Shown piece by piece: positions 8,957-16,801 of a stretch of DNA of 64,000 bases (positions are counted from its first letter, which is position 1; every line of letters starts with the position of its first letter). The DNA comes from a virus: positions 22,391 to 86,390 of the IMG/VR virus record IMGVR_UViG_3300045740_000163, one strand, 5' to 3'. The translations under genes and the position numbers were made by a program. The notes beneath the pieces are model-generated. The model was given only the letters and a program-made list of their open reading frames with translations. It made no database searches and was not told where the DNA came from.

Positions 8957-9029
8957 TGGGGGTCGCGAGGATCGAACTCGCCTGAAATCGATTATGAGTC
9001 GACCGCTTTCACCAGATAGCTAGACCCCC
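8957..9029 (-). tRNA. tRNA with CAT anticodon (elongator Met or lysidine-type Ile2)
   Basis: GGGGGTC/GACCCCC acceptor, loop CTCATAA, T arm GCGAG-TTCGATC-CTCGC, discriminator A, CCA not encoded. Confidence 0.92.
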
Positions 9030-9179
9030 GTGCCTGCCACTATACTGACAATGGACCTTTTGGGGTCAGTTTACTCCGCCGAAAACCATAGGTATCTCGC
9101 CCGCGTCGTCGCGCGAGCTCTATATATAAAAAAAAGGCCGAATTGCGGGCAGATTGCGCCCACTATGTAACACAAACCT

Positions 9180-9300
9180 CGCGCGTGCGCGTATGCGCGT
9201 GCGTGTGTGCGTGTATGCGCGTGCGTGTACGCGTGTGCATGATGCGCGCGTGGGCGGGGGTGCGCGTTTTTCTACGCGCGTGTGCGCATGGCGTGCGCGC
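9180..9300. repeat. Alternating purine-pyrimidine tract (Z-DNA-prone)
   Basis: Perfect RY alternation 9180-9241 (62 nt) plus shorter runs to 9300. Confidence 0.85.
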
Positions 9301-9364
9301 TTCCTCTCCCTGCTGACTGAGCTTACCGAGCTCACCTAGTGTGCCAATCTGCAATCCGGTTGCA

Positions 9365-9443
9365 AGGGGTTGACCTAGTGCGCCGTGGTGTGATCTCATT
9401 AAGGGGTCGAAGGGCGAGAGCCCGATCGGCAGAACCTGGACAA
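9365..9443 (+). promoter_or_regulatory. Probable major early promoter followed by rrn-like boxB hairpin and boxA
   Basis: AGGGG-TTGACC -35 (weak -10); GAGA-tetraloop hairpin 9406-9430; GAACCTGGACAA at 9432-9443. Confidence 0.55.
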
Positions 9444-10350
9444 CCTGCAGCCCACGCGTCGCCACCCGGTACGATCCCGGCGGTTGATCAGCCAAGCCCT
9501 GCGAACCTACGCGTTCCCGCTTGTGCCGATCGCCAAACCGTCACTCCATCGTTCCGACAGGCTCCGCACCATGCTGTAGGATTCCAGCAACGGGCCGAGA
9601 GGCTCGACGACATAGCAGCTCAGCCATCGCTCAGCTGGCCGCAGACGGAACGTCGCCATAAGTAGGCTCCCCAGGGAGCCGAGACGGCGAGACGACGGAC
9701 TGTAGGCTAGGTGTTCCGACAGGCTGCGGACTGATCCCCCTGAGGCTAGTAGCCATAGGTGCGGCCGCCGAACCATTCAAGGCCCGCATCAGCACTAGAA
9801 TCTCCCGCCCACCCGGCGATGGCCAGCGCGTCACGCTAAGGGAAGCTCGGAGCTAGTGTCTCGCCCGGAAGGCCCTTAGTCCGCTGCTGTAGGTTTTTAA
9901 CTTCCTACAGTTGTGCTGAGTTACAATCGCCATACTCTGACGACAGGCAAGCCGGGTGGGACCCGTGAGAAGTCCAGGGATCGAGCGTGGTGAGAAGTAA
10001 CGCAATACCTAAACACTTTTTATCCGCAGGGATGTTGTGTCCGAGTACCTGCATCAAACACAGGTACGCTGGCACAAGCCGCAGGAAGTTATCTTCTACG
10101 GTCATCATCCCGGCGGGGCACAATTTAATAGCTTTTGTGCGCATTATGTGCGCCATAACTGACTTTAATTTGGGGTCAGTTTCCCGGATTCACTCTTTAG
10201 TGGGGCCTGGTATTACCTACCGGGCTCTACTTAGGGGTGTGTTTGTTTGTATCCGTGATCACGTTTGATCATGGTGCAAAGTTTCGTTTCTGCTTTTATG
10301 TCTGACGCTCTCCCTGTGCGCTATAGTGCACACTGAGGGCCTCTACCCTC
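9405..10350 (+). ncRNA. Candidate large, highly structured non-coding RNA (about 950 nt)
   Basis: No credible ORF; more than 10 local hairpins and about 10 long-range complementary segments of 6-10 bp, several crossing. Confidence 0.6.
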
Positions 10351-10372
10351 ACCTTTTACTACAGTTTCACAG

Positions 10373-10690
10373 GTGTATTTAAACATGACTGAACTGACAA
10401 TCAAGACCAACAATCAGCCACCCCCGCTGTTCAATCCCTGCGAACTTTCGCAGTCTCAGCGTGCCAAACTGCGCCGCCAATTTGATTGGATGAGCGACGA
10501 TGAGTTTGACCATAATTGTTCATTCTTTCTCTATCGCGGTTGGTATTACAACCTCTCTGACTTCCTGACTAACACTAACCCTGACGGTATGTTTAAGGGT
10601 TGGCACGGTATCGCTAGCGATTCCTATTTCACAGGAACGCTAGTCAAACTGTGCGGCAACGATGTTATCGTCGGCCGTTATTCTTCCTGA
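10373..10690 (+). CDS. Early hypothetical protein
   Basis: FFLYRGWYYNLSDF...WHG..SDSYF.G pattern; first gene of the early cluster. Confidence 0.7.
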   Translation: MYLNMTELTIKTNNQPPPLFNPCELSQSQRAKLRRQFDWMSDDEFDHNCSFFLYRGWYYNLSDFLTNTNPDGMFKGWHGIASDSYFTGTLVKLCGNDVIVGRYSS

Positions 10691-10724
10691 TTACTGTAAC
10701 TAACACCAACAACATCACAACACC

Positions 10725-10925
10725 ATGAACAACCTACGCTCAACCACGCTGCGTACAGCTCTTGTTGACTACCGAGCAGAACTTATCCGCATGATGGTTA
10801 AGTATCCAATGACTTTTTGCGGCAATAAAGAGATCATTAAAGAGATTGATGATGTTCTGCTTTCTATTGAGGGCAACATCACAACAGTCTGTGTAACCCC
10901 GAATACCTGTAACGCCAACATTTGA
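10725..10925 (+). CDS. Early hypothetical protein
   Basis: A/C-rich leader; co-oriented and tightly packed. Confidence 0.6.
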   Translation: MNNLRSTTLRTALVDYRAELIRMMVKYPMTFCGNKEIIKEIDDVLLSIEGNITTVCVTPNTCNANI

Positions 10926-11182
10926 TCATGAACTACACTTACACTCCTGCACATTTCCCCAACAATGTCAGTTGGTATCGCGAACTTGTGCACCTTGATG
11001 GTGAACTTGTCGGCGAGATTAGTGAACCAACCGACTCTACTTCCGCACGCAGAATCTATCGCGTCGGTAAGTACGTTCCCTTTCAAGTTGCCGATGGTTA
11101 TGTAGATCTTGTCAGTCTCGTGGCAAGGTTCGACACAGTATCTGAGTGCAAAGACTTTATCAACAACGGAGGTATCAAATGA
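10922..11182 (+). CDS. Early hypothetical protein
   Basis: Coupled ORF in early cluster. Confidence 0.6.
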   Translation: MIMNYTYTPAHFPNNVSWYRELVHLDGELVGEISEPTDSTSARRIYRVGKYVPFQVADGYVDLVSLVARFDTVSECKDFINNGGIK

Positions 11183-11439
11183 ACATGCAATCTCGTTTGG
11201 ATGAACTTTCTGCCCAGCTCGATGTACTAGCCACGCGGAAGCTTAACGCTCGCAAGAATCAACAATGGGATCTTGTGGACGCTTTGTATCAGCAGGAGTG
11301 GCTACTTGATCAAGAACATTACAAGATCAAGCAACAGTTACAGTTCCAAGCTGACATGCAAGCTATGGACGATTGGTATGACGACGACAAGAATCGCGAC
11401 GCATACAACGAACGTATTGTCTCTATGTATCTTGATTGA
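11146..11439 (+). CDS. Early hypothetical protein (start probably 11179)
   Basis: Coiled-coil-like ORF, ATGA coupling. Confidence 0.6.
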   Translation: MQRLYQQRRYQMNMQSRLDELSAQLDVLATRKLNARKNQQWDLVDALYQQEWLLDQEHYKIKQQLQFQADMQAMDDWYDDDKNRDAYNERIVSMYLD

Positions 11440-11441
11440 TC

Positions 11442-11609
11442 ATGAACATGCAACCTATTCCTAACTTCAACTTCATTAATCGTCGCGAGGTTGAGTTCAC
11501 TCTTGCTGCGCTTAATCGACTCGCACAATCTGGCGAGATTGATCCCATAGAGCAAGACGAGTTCTATAACTTCCTTGACGCTTTCCAAACATTCGCCCTG
11601 CAAATCTGA
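11442..11609 (+). CDS. Early hypothetical protein, 55 aa (below ORF-track cutoff)
   Basis: Hand-translated MNMQPIPNFNF...FALQI; fills the gap exactly. Confidence 0.55.
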   Translation: MNMQPIPNFNFINRREVEFTLAALNRLAQSGEIDPIEQDEFYNFLDAFQTFALQI

Positions 11610-11614
11610 TCACA

Positions 11615-11926
11615 ATGGCTTACACAATCGACACAGTTGCTGCACGCGAACTAGAAGTGTACGCAGTCAACTTCTCAGACTCTCACTACAACACAGTGGG
11701 CAAGACTCTATCTAAGTTCTACAAGCAAGGTACATTTAGTCTCGACCGGGCTATTGCTTACGTTGAGCGCTATCTGTTAGTGCCAGCCGCTAAAGATTAC
11801 CAACGCGAACACGGTTCTATGACAACAGCATGGAACACAATGTTTCCCAAACCTGAGCGACTTGTGGCCGCAGAATCTATCGCCCACAGCTTCGTTTCTG
11901 AGTTCCGTCTTGGTAACTTCTGGTGA
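11615..11926 (+). CDS. Early hypothetical protein
   Basis: ARELEVYAVN...AAKDY pattern. Confidence 0.7.
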   Translation: MAYTIDTVAARELEVYAVNFSDSHYNTVGKTLSKFYKQGTFSLDRAIAYVERYLLVPAAKDYQREHGSMTTAWNTMFPKPERLVAAESIAHSFVSEFRLGNFW

Positions 11927-12150
11927 CAACTAACAACATCGACGACAACTACATCATCATGGATGATCTCATCAACAGGCAATTCACCCTACAACGTGAT
12001 GTTCTAGCCAGCTGGAATGAACTGCACAAGATGAAGCTCAAGCACGAAGCTTTGCTATCCGAACTGCATAAGATTCGTGAGCAGATTAAGTATGAATCTG
12101 AGCCATCTTTGTTTGATCAAATGTTTGGCGAACTAGAACCTAACCGCTAA
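11923..12150 (+). CDS. Early hypothetical protein
   Basis: GTGA coupling; coiled-coil-like. Confidence 0.6.
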   Translation: MTTNNIDDNYIIMDDLINRQFTLQRDVLASWNELHKMKLKHEALLSELHKIREQIKYESEPSLFDQMFGELEPNR

Positions 12151-12185
12151 CGCGGTGCGCCCAATCACACAATACCAACAACATC

Positions 12186-12365
12186 ATGGAAACCTCAAAG
12201 CGTCAACAACTCACCTCTGACTACATTGATCGTGTACTCGATAACATGAGCACAAAAGATCTCGTGCGCATTGTATGGGAGCAACTCGAAGAGAATCTCG
12301 AAGGCTATTCAGACGAAGAGTTAGTTAGTGAGATTCAAGACTATTATCCTGAACTCCTAGACTGA
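12186..12365 (+). CDS. Acidic early hypothetical protein, 59 aa (below cutoff)
   Basis: Hand-translated METSKRQQL...YYPELLD, flanked by repeat leaders. Confidence 0.65.
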   Translation: METSKRQQLTSDYIDRVLDNMSTKDLVRIVWEQLEENLEGYSDEELVSEIQDYYPELLD

Positions 12366-12393
12366 CAACTCACACAATACCAACAACATCACC

Positions 12394-12675
12394 ATGAAAC
12401 TTTCCGTCTTTGATCTTCACCGTGGCTGCACAGAATACGTAGAGCTGCCATCAGGTAGGTGCGTTAATGTCCACGTTGCTCGCTTAGCTAACACCACAGA
12501 GGTTCACGTTCAAGCTAACAACGAACAGTGGCCGCAAGAATACAGCGACACGTTTCTACATTGCAAGCGTTGTGTGAATGTGTTTCACAGTGCATCGAAG
12601 TCACTAACTCACGAAGACATTGAGTATCTGCAGGATCGCTACTTCCGCCCTTACGAAGAACTTACCTTTGCTTGA
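12394..12675 (+). CDS. Early hypothetical protein
   Basis: Follows repeat leader. Confidence 0.65.
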   Translation: MKLSVFDLHRGCTEYVELPSGRCVNVHVARLANTTEVHVQANNEQWPQEYSDTFLHCKRCVNVFHSASKSLTHEDIEYLQDRYFRPYEELTFA

Positions 12676-12893
12676 TTATGTTTAAGCAACTCAAAGTAGA
12701 TCTAACAGTCTCCGCTGAACAACTCGAACTCTTGCACTTTCTTCTATGCAACGATCGCATGAGATTGTTTCGAGACAACCCAGACTCATTCAACAATCCT
12801 GGATCTTACGCAGAACAGATAGAACAACTGTGGGCTTTAGTAACACACACTCGTGACAACAACTTAACTACATCTAATGAGCGGGAGGATTGA
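12672..12893 (+). CDS. Early hypothetical protein
   Basis: Coupled ORF. Confidence 0.55.
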   Translation: MIMFKQLKVDLTVSAEQLELLHFLLCNDRMRLFRDNPDSFNNPGSYAEQIEQLWALVTHTRDNNLTTSNERED

Positions 12894-13041
12894 CCTTGCC
12901 TGAGTTCACTGTTGTTCTTAATGATCACCACTCGTTTGACATCTTCATCGACGGCGAGCGTTGTTACTTTGACTTCACTCCTGATGATCTCAAAGCGTTC
13001 AGCATAGCTTTCGCTCTTACACACGAATCTGAAGACTAATT

Positions 13042-13209
13042 ATGTACTACATCCAACGCCGTTCAATCAACCACAACTACTTAGAAACTGTGGATGAGTT
13101 CGAGTCTCACAAGGAGGCTAAAGCCACGCTGCATGAGTATCAAATCTGTGATTACTCAGCTGATTACTACATAAGCTCACGTTGCTGCAAAGCATGGAGG
13201 GATTCATGA
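13042..13209 (+). CDS. Early hypothetical protein, 55 aa (below cutoff)
   Basis: Hand-translated MYYIQRR...LETVDEF...EY...YYISSRCCKAW. Confidence 0.6.
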   Translation: MYYIQRRSINHNYLETVDEFESHKEAKATLHEYQICDYSADYYISSRCCKAWRDS

Positions 13210-13439
13210 AGCTAACTATTGAATACGAAGTAACAACATCGTTCAGAATCACCATCGAGCGTGACGCAATCCCAGAAAGTCACGATGCTTTGCTTGACTC
13301 AGTAACTCGTGATGAACTAGCTGAAGCTCCTATGGAAGTTAATGAGATTGAGTGGGGTCACATTAAAGAAGCGTGGCGATCTTCAAGCCCCGAGACTACT
13401 TACGTCTTTGACGAGAACAACGATGTTCTTTTCCCATGA
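13206..13439 (+). CDS. Early acidic hypothetical protein
   Basis: ATGA coupling on both sides. Confidence 0.6.
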   Translation: MKLTIEYEVTTSFRITIERDAIPESHDALLDSVTRDELAEAPMEVNEIEWGHIKEAWRSSSPETTYVFDENNDVLFP

Positions 13440-13651
13440 AACAATCAGCCAACCTAGTCCGTGAACAAACTAGAGCAACAGATCTGTGGACACTACTGCA
13501 CGATGCTGAGCAACTTGTAGTTAATCACGAGTATCTCCACGCTCGTATGCACCAACGTCTGCAGGATCTTATGAATGTCGTTGAGTCTTATCAAGAAGCG
13601 ATTGAGCTAAAGCTTGAGCAAGACAATCTAGACAGCGACTACCTAACCTAA
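13436..13651 (+). CDS. Early hypothetical protein
   Basis: Coupled helical ORF. Confidence 0.6.
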   Translation: MKQSANLVREQTRATDLWTLLHDAEQLVVNHEYLHARMHQRLQDLMNVVESYQEAIELKLEQDNLDSDYLT

Positions 13652-13695
13652 CCCGCTAACGCGGGGCCAACTCACACAATCACTTCAACAACACA

Positions 13696-14100
13696 ATGTC
13701 TTTCACACAACACTGCGCAATCGCTACCTGCAGCATTAACAACGTGCTCGACGTTAATGATCTCTGCTCTAATCTTTATGACTACTTGACTAACCACGAA
13801 GACGAGATCCCCGAAGCTCTGCAGGATTGTGCTTCCTTCGAAGAGTTTGCTGATCAAGTCTCAAACTATGTAGAACTTGTCGGCGACAAGCTCACAGTGA
13901 CAATGGACACGGAAGAGATCAATAGCGACAACGAGATCTTTGACTTCATCACTGATCACTACGCTTGCCTGATGACAAGTAAGTTTATGAAGATCGTGTG
14001 GACTTCATACGATAGTCGCGCAGGTATCTCTGCTGATTGCACTTACTACGACAACAGCAACAAACTAATCGACATCGAAGCGATCCTCAATGCCCGCTGA
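13696..14100 (+). CDS. Early acidic hypothetical protein
   Basis: 134 aa, bounded by two repeat hairpins. Confidence 0.7.
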   Translation: MSFTQHCAIATCSINNVLDVNDLCSNLYDYLTNHEDEIPEALQDCASFEEFADQVSNYVELVGDKLTVTMDTEEINSDNEIFDFITDHYACLMTSKFMKIVWTSYDSRAGISADCTYYDNSNKLIDIEAILNAR

Positions 14101-14124
14101 AGCGGGGCCGACTCACACAGAGCC

Positions 14125-14152
14125 TTGACTGTTCCGACAGGCATGGTATAGT
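14125..14152 (+). promoter_or_regulatory. Sigma70-type promoter
   Basis: TTGACT-N16-TATAGT; spacer contains GTTCCGACAGGC, also present twice in 9.5-9.7 kb. Confidence 0.7.
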
Positions 14153-14201
14153 GTGAGGGCCTCTCTTCTCATCACATCTTCTACGGTCATCATTTCGCAT
14201 C

Positions 14202-14426
14202 ATGGCAAATCACATCCCTTACGATCTTTACACCTTGAGCTGGCACTCTCTTGCGTATCACTCTCTCGCTCGCTTTAAGCAAATCGTGCGGAACGATTGC
14301 ACGATTCCCGCAGATGTAATCGAACAGATCGAAGACAACATCATCCCCGCACTTGAGTATCTCGAAGGGTGGGAACCTACAGATGACATGATTCAAGCTC
14401 ACATCGACTCACACGGGATGATCTGA
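14202..14426 (+). CDS. Early hypothetical protein
   Basis: First ORF after promoter 14125. Confidence 0.6.
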   Translation: MANHIPYDLYTLSWHSLAYHSLARFKQIVRNDCTIPADVIEQIEDNIIPALEYLEGWEPTDDMIQAHIDSHGMI

Positions 14427-14629
14427 TGATTCAAATTGTCGTTGACGATGAGTATGGCGCACCGTTCGCCATTGATACCTTCCTAACCATTGAGGATGCT
14501 CGTCACGCTCTAAATGAGCTGGAGTGCTCTCTTGAAGATTGCATGACACCAGCGCGTGCGCATCGCTTAATGCAGGCAATCGACCAGCTTAAACAATCCA
14601 TTGCAGACCATGAAGATGGTGACGATTAA
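14426..14629 (+). CDS. Early hypothetical protein
   Basis: TGATG coupling. Confidence 0.6.
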   Translation: MIQIVVDDEYGAPFAIDTFLTIEDARHALNELECSLEDCMTPARAHRLMQAIDQLKQSIADHEDGDD

Positions 14630-14981
14630 CACCAACGAAGGTGCTTTCAAGATCCCTACTAAATGGATGGGAGAAGCCTTAGCTGTCCACCGCCCGGTTG
14701 TTGGTTTCGGTGGCAAACTCAGCAAGGAGAAATGCACCTGGACAATCACTCACATTGAGTCAGGGATGACTGCCGGCAGGTATAACGGCCCCATGCAAGA
14801 AGCAATCAAACTAGCTAAAGCTTGGGATCTCACGTTCAGAGATGAACTACCTGGCCCGGATCCTGATGCGAAAGCTTGGATACGTAAAGACCAATGGCTA
14901 AATCAAATCCGCAAATTCAGTCCAATCGCTTCACCTAATTCGTTTGAGGCTGTGGTGAACCACTACACAAGCGATGATTAA
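14601..14981 (+). CDS. Early hypothetical protein
   Basis: WTITHIESG motif; co-oriented. Confidence 0.65.
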   Translation: MQTMKMVTINTNEGAFKIPTKWMGEALAVHRPVVGFGGKLSKEKCTWTITHIESGMTAGRYNGPMQEAIKLAKAWDLTFRDELPGPDPDAKAWIRKDQWLNQIRKFSPIASPNSFEAVVNHYTSDD

Positions 14982-15107
14982 CTTCTTCTGCTCAACAATT
15001 ACCTGTGTACAAATGTACACCGGAGTATCACCAACTTATACACAAACACCAAACAACTACTCAGCAGTTACCCAATCAAGCGTTATTACTTGTACTAAAT
15101 CAGGCCC

Positions 15108-15419
15108 TCAATACGCCTGCTCAAGTGCACGAAGCGCTTCATCAAGCGCATCTTCAGGAGCTCGGCCAACCATAGACGGCTTCCTTGACTGGTAGCCGAC
15201 ATAAATAGAGGGATCCATACCAGCAGATCCTCTGAAGATCAGCGGCGAATCAGCTCGCTGAATCTCTACCTCACCACGCGGAGTTATCGTGATCCTGCCG
15301 GTTTCATCCTGAAGCATCCCTTTCAGCAAGAGATTCTTCAGAGCTTCTCCTTCAGGAGGTAAGGTAACTTCCCCAGCCTTACGGACAAACTCACCGATTA
15401 ACTGATTACTTACGTCCAC
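15108..15419 (-). CDS. Hypothetical protein, antisense within the early cluster
   Basis: 103 aa with protein-like composition; GTG start. Confidence 0.55.
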   Translation of the reverse strand: MDVSNQLIGEFVRKAGEVTLPPEGEALKNLLLKGMLQDETGRITITPRGEVEIQRADSPLIFRGSAGMDPSIYVGYQSRKPSMVGRAPEDALDEALRALEQAY

Positions 15420-15451
15420 TTAAAAACGCCAACCTCTCAACAGTTTACGTC

Positions 15452-15817
15452 ATGAGAACCATCGAAAAGAAGATGCTCAGCGCAATCATCGAGCGAAAGA
15501 ATTTCAGCTTGGATAACACTCGCGTTGATTGCATTTATCTCCCACATCCTGCGGACTCTGAAGATCGAATCATCGACCGCTGCAATGTTTATCTGCACGG
15601 CAATCTGATTGCCACGGTGACTCCTGACGACGTAACAGTAAACAACTGTGGGTGGCGGACTAATACAACTAAGTCTCGCCTGCACGTTATCTTGCGTGAG
15701 TTCTGCGGTGCCTGTGTATCACAAACTAATTTCGAGTGGTTTCTGACTACGCAAAGCGATGTCATCCACATGATGGACAAACAGGATTACACTGTTAGCC
15801 GCGTTCCAATGCACTGA
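15452..15817 (+). CDS. Early hypothetical protein
   Basis: VYLHGNLIA...GW.TNTTKSRL pattern. Confidence 0.75.
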   Translation: MRTIEKKMLSAIIERKNFSLDNTRVDCIYLPHPADSEDRIIDRCNVYLHGNLIATVTPDDVTVNNCGWRTNTTKSRLHVILREFCGACVSQTNFEWFLTTQSDVIHMMDKQDYTVSRVPMH

Positions 15818-16071
15818 TGCCTCTGCCTAATCTGCGAACTAACCAACGTAACCTTATACGTTTGGTAGCACAACACGAACACCGCTATCCTGACGAACCT
15901 TGCTACCTCGGCAAAGTCACAGCAAGTAGGCAGAACGTCTTTCTAAAAGCTGTTGCTTCACTGGAAGAACGGAAACTTGTGGAAATCGACCGCACAAGTA
16001 ACAACTTCAGAGCCTGGACAATTAAGCTTCTAGTTCCTCTCGAAGATGTAATCCCTCAGTCTCTCAACTAA
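15817..16071 (+). CDS. Hypothetical protein, possibly winged-helix
   Basis: KAVASLEERKLVEI segment. Confidence 0.55.
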   Translation: MPLPNLRTNQRNLIRLVAQHEHRYPDEPCYLGKVTASRQNVFLKAVASLEERKLVEIDRTSNNFRAWTIKLLVPLEDVIPQSLN

Positions 16072-16073
16072 CC

Positions 16074-16352
16074 ATGAAACTCCTTACTTCCTTACTCCTT
16101 ACTTCTTTCGCTTCCCTTCTTATCGCCACGCCGGCTAAAGCTCAGTGGGCGATGACTTGCACTCGTGAGTACAACAGCTCAGTAAATCTTCGTACTCAAC
16201 CATCAACACGAGCAACAGTAATTGCTTCGATCCCAAACGAAAGCTACCTGCGTGCACTTACGTGGGTGTGGGGCGGAGACAAACTGCGCTGGTGGAAGGT
16301 TGAGTACAACGGCCTAGTTGGCTGGATGCGCAGCGATTACCTCTGCAGATAA
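16074..16352 (+). CDS. Exported bacterial SH3-domain protein
   Basis: Signal peptide ending AKA; VNLRTQPS...WWKVEYNGLVGWMRSDYL. Confidence 0.8.
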   Translation: MKLLTSLLLTSFASLLIATPAKAQWAMTCTREYNSSVNLRTQPSTRATVIASIPNESYLRALTWVWGGDKLRWWKVEYNGLVGWMRSDYLCR

Positions 16353-16794
16353 ACAACCAAACTCATCAACGATTATGTTTCGCAAACTAGGTTGGGTAGC
16401 TGTAGGCGTAGGCGCCTTCTTCGTTGCCTCTATTTGTGTGAGTCTCGGGGGCATGGTCATCTCGGCTTTGATACCCGGAGCTTCTAAAGACGAGCCAGGC
16501 AAGCTAGAGGCAGACCCACAACAGCAATCTAAAGCTGAGTGGCTCCAACAACTAGAAGGGGGTGGCCCAGCTAAGACTCAAGAGACTAAGACCGAAACTC
16601 AACAGAAGACAACATCAGAACCAACTCAACAACCAGCACCGGAGGTAGCGGCTGATTCAGCTCCCATGTTTCAACCAGCTAATACGGCTCCTGCTTCAGC
16701 TCCCCCAGCACCTAAGGTAGGACCGGGCAACTTTGACTCACCCTCACCCTACCAAGCTCCTCCAGTTATCCAGTCAGGCCCTGGCAACATGTAA
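16318..16794 (+). CDS. Membrane-anchored Pro-rich protein (start probably 16375)
   Basis: N-terminal hydrophobic helix; low-complexity P/A/Q tail. Confidence 0.65.
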   Translation: MAGCAAITSADKQPNSSTIMFRKLGWVAVGVGAFFVASICVSLGGMVISALIPGASKDEPGKLEADPQQQSKAEWLQQLEGGGPAKTQETKTETQQKTTSEPTQQPAPEVAADSAPMFQPANTAPASAPPAPKVGPGNFDSPSPYQAPPVIQSGPGNM

Positions 16795-16801
16795 CTAACT
16801 G

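Larger units (their letters stand above)
12138..14120 (+). repeat. Dispersed intergenic repeat: CCGC-TAAC/TGAA-GCGG hairpin plus (C)TCACACAATACCAACAACATC leader
   Basis: Copies at about 12138-12186, 12367-12393 (leader only), 13646-13695 and 14093-14120; partial at 10704-10724. Confidence 0.75.

Noticed and set aside
9551-9725. GTTCCGACAGGCT repeats as a CRISPR or mini-array
   Set aside because: Only two 13-nt copies 162 nt apart; no regular repeat-spacer period and no cas genes recognised.
9120-10268. ORFs of 61-110 aa on both strands in the 9.1-10.3 kb region
   Set aside because: Low-complexity translations of the RY tract or GC-rich structured sequence; mutually overlapping, with no leaders or protein motifs.
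9405-10350. tmRNA, RNase P RNA or group I/II intron identity for the structured region
   Set aside because: No tRNA-like ends or tag ORF, no RNase P P4 signature, no intron core motifs recognised and no interrupted gene. A covariance search is needed to exclude these formally.
12138-14120. Early intergenic repeats as CRISPR repeats, integron attC sites or Yfr1 sRNA copies
   Set aside because: Spacing follows gene boundaries; no attC core sites or integrase; only CTCACAC is shared with the Yfr1 motif.
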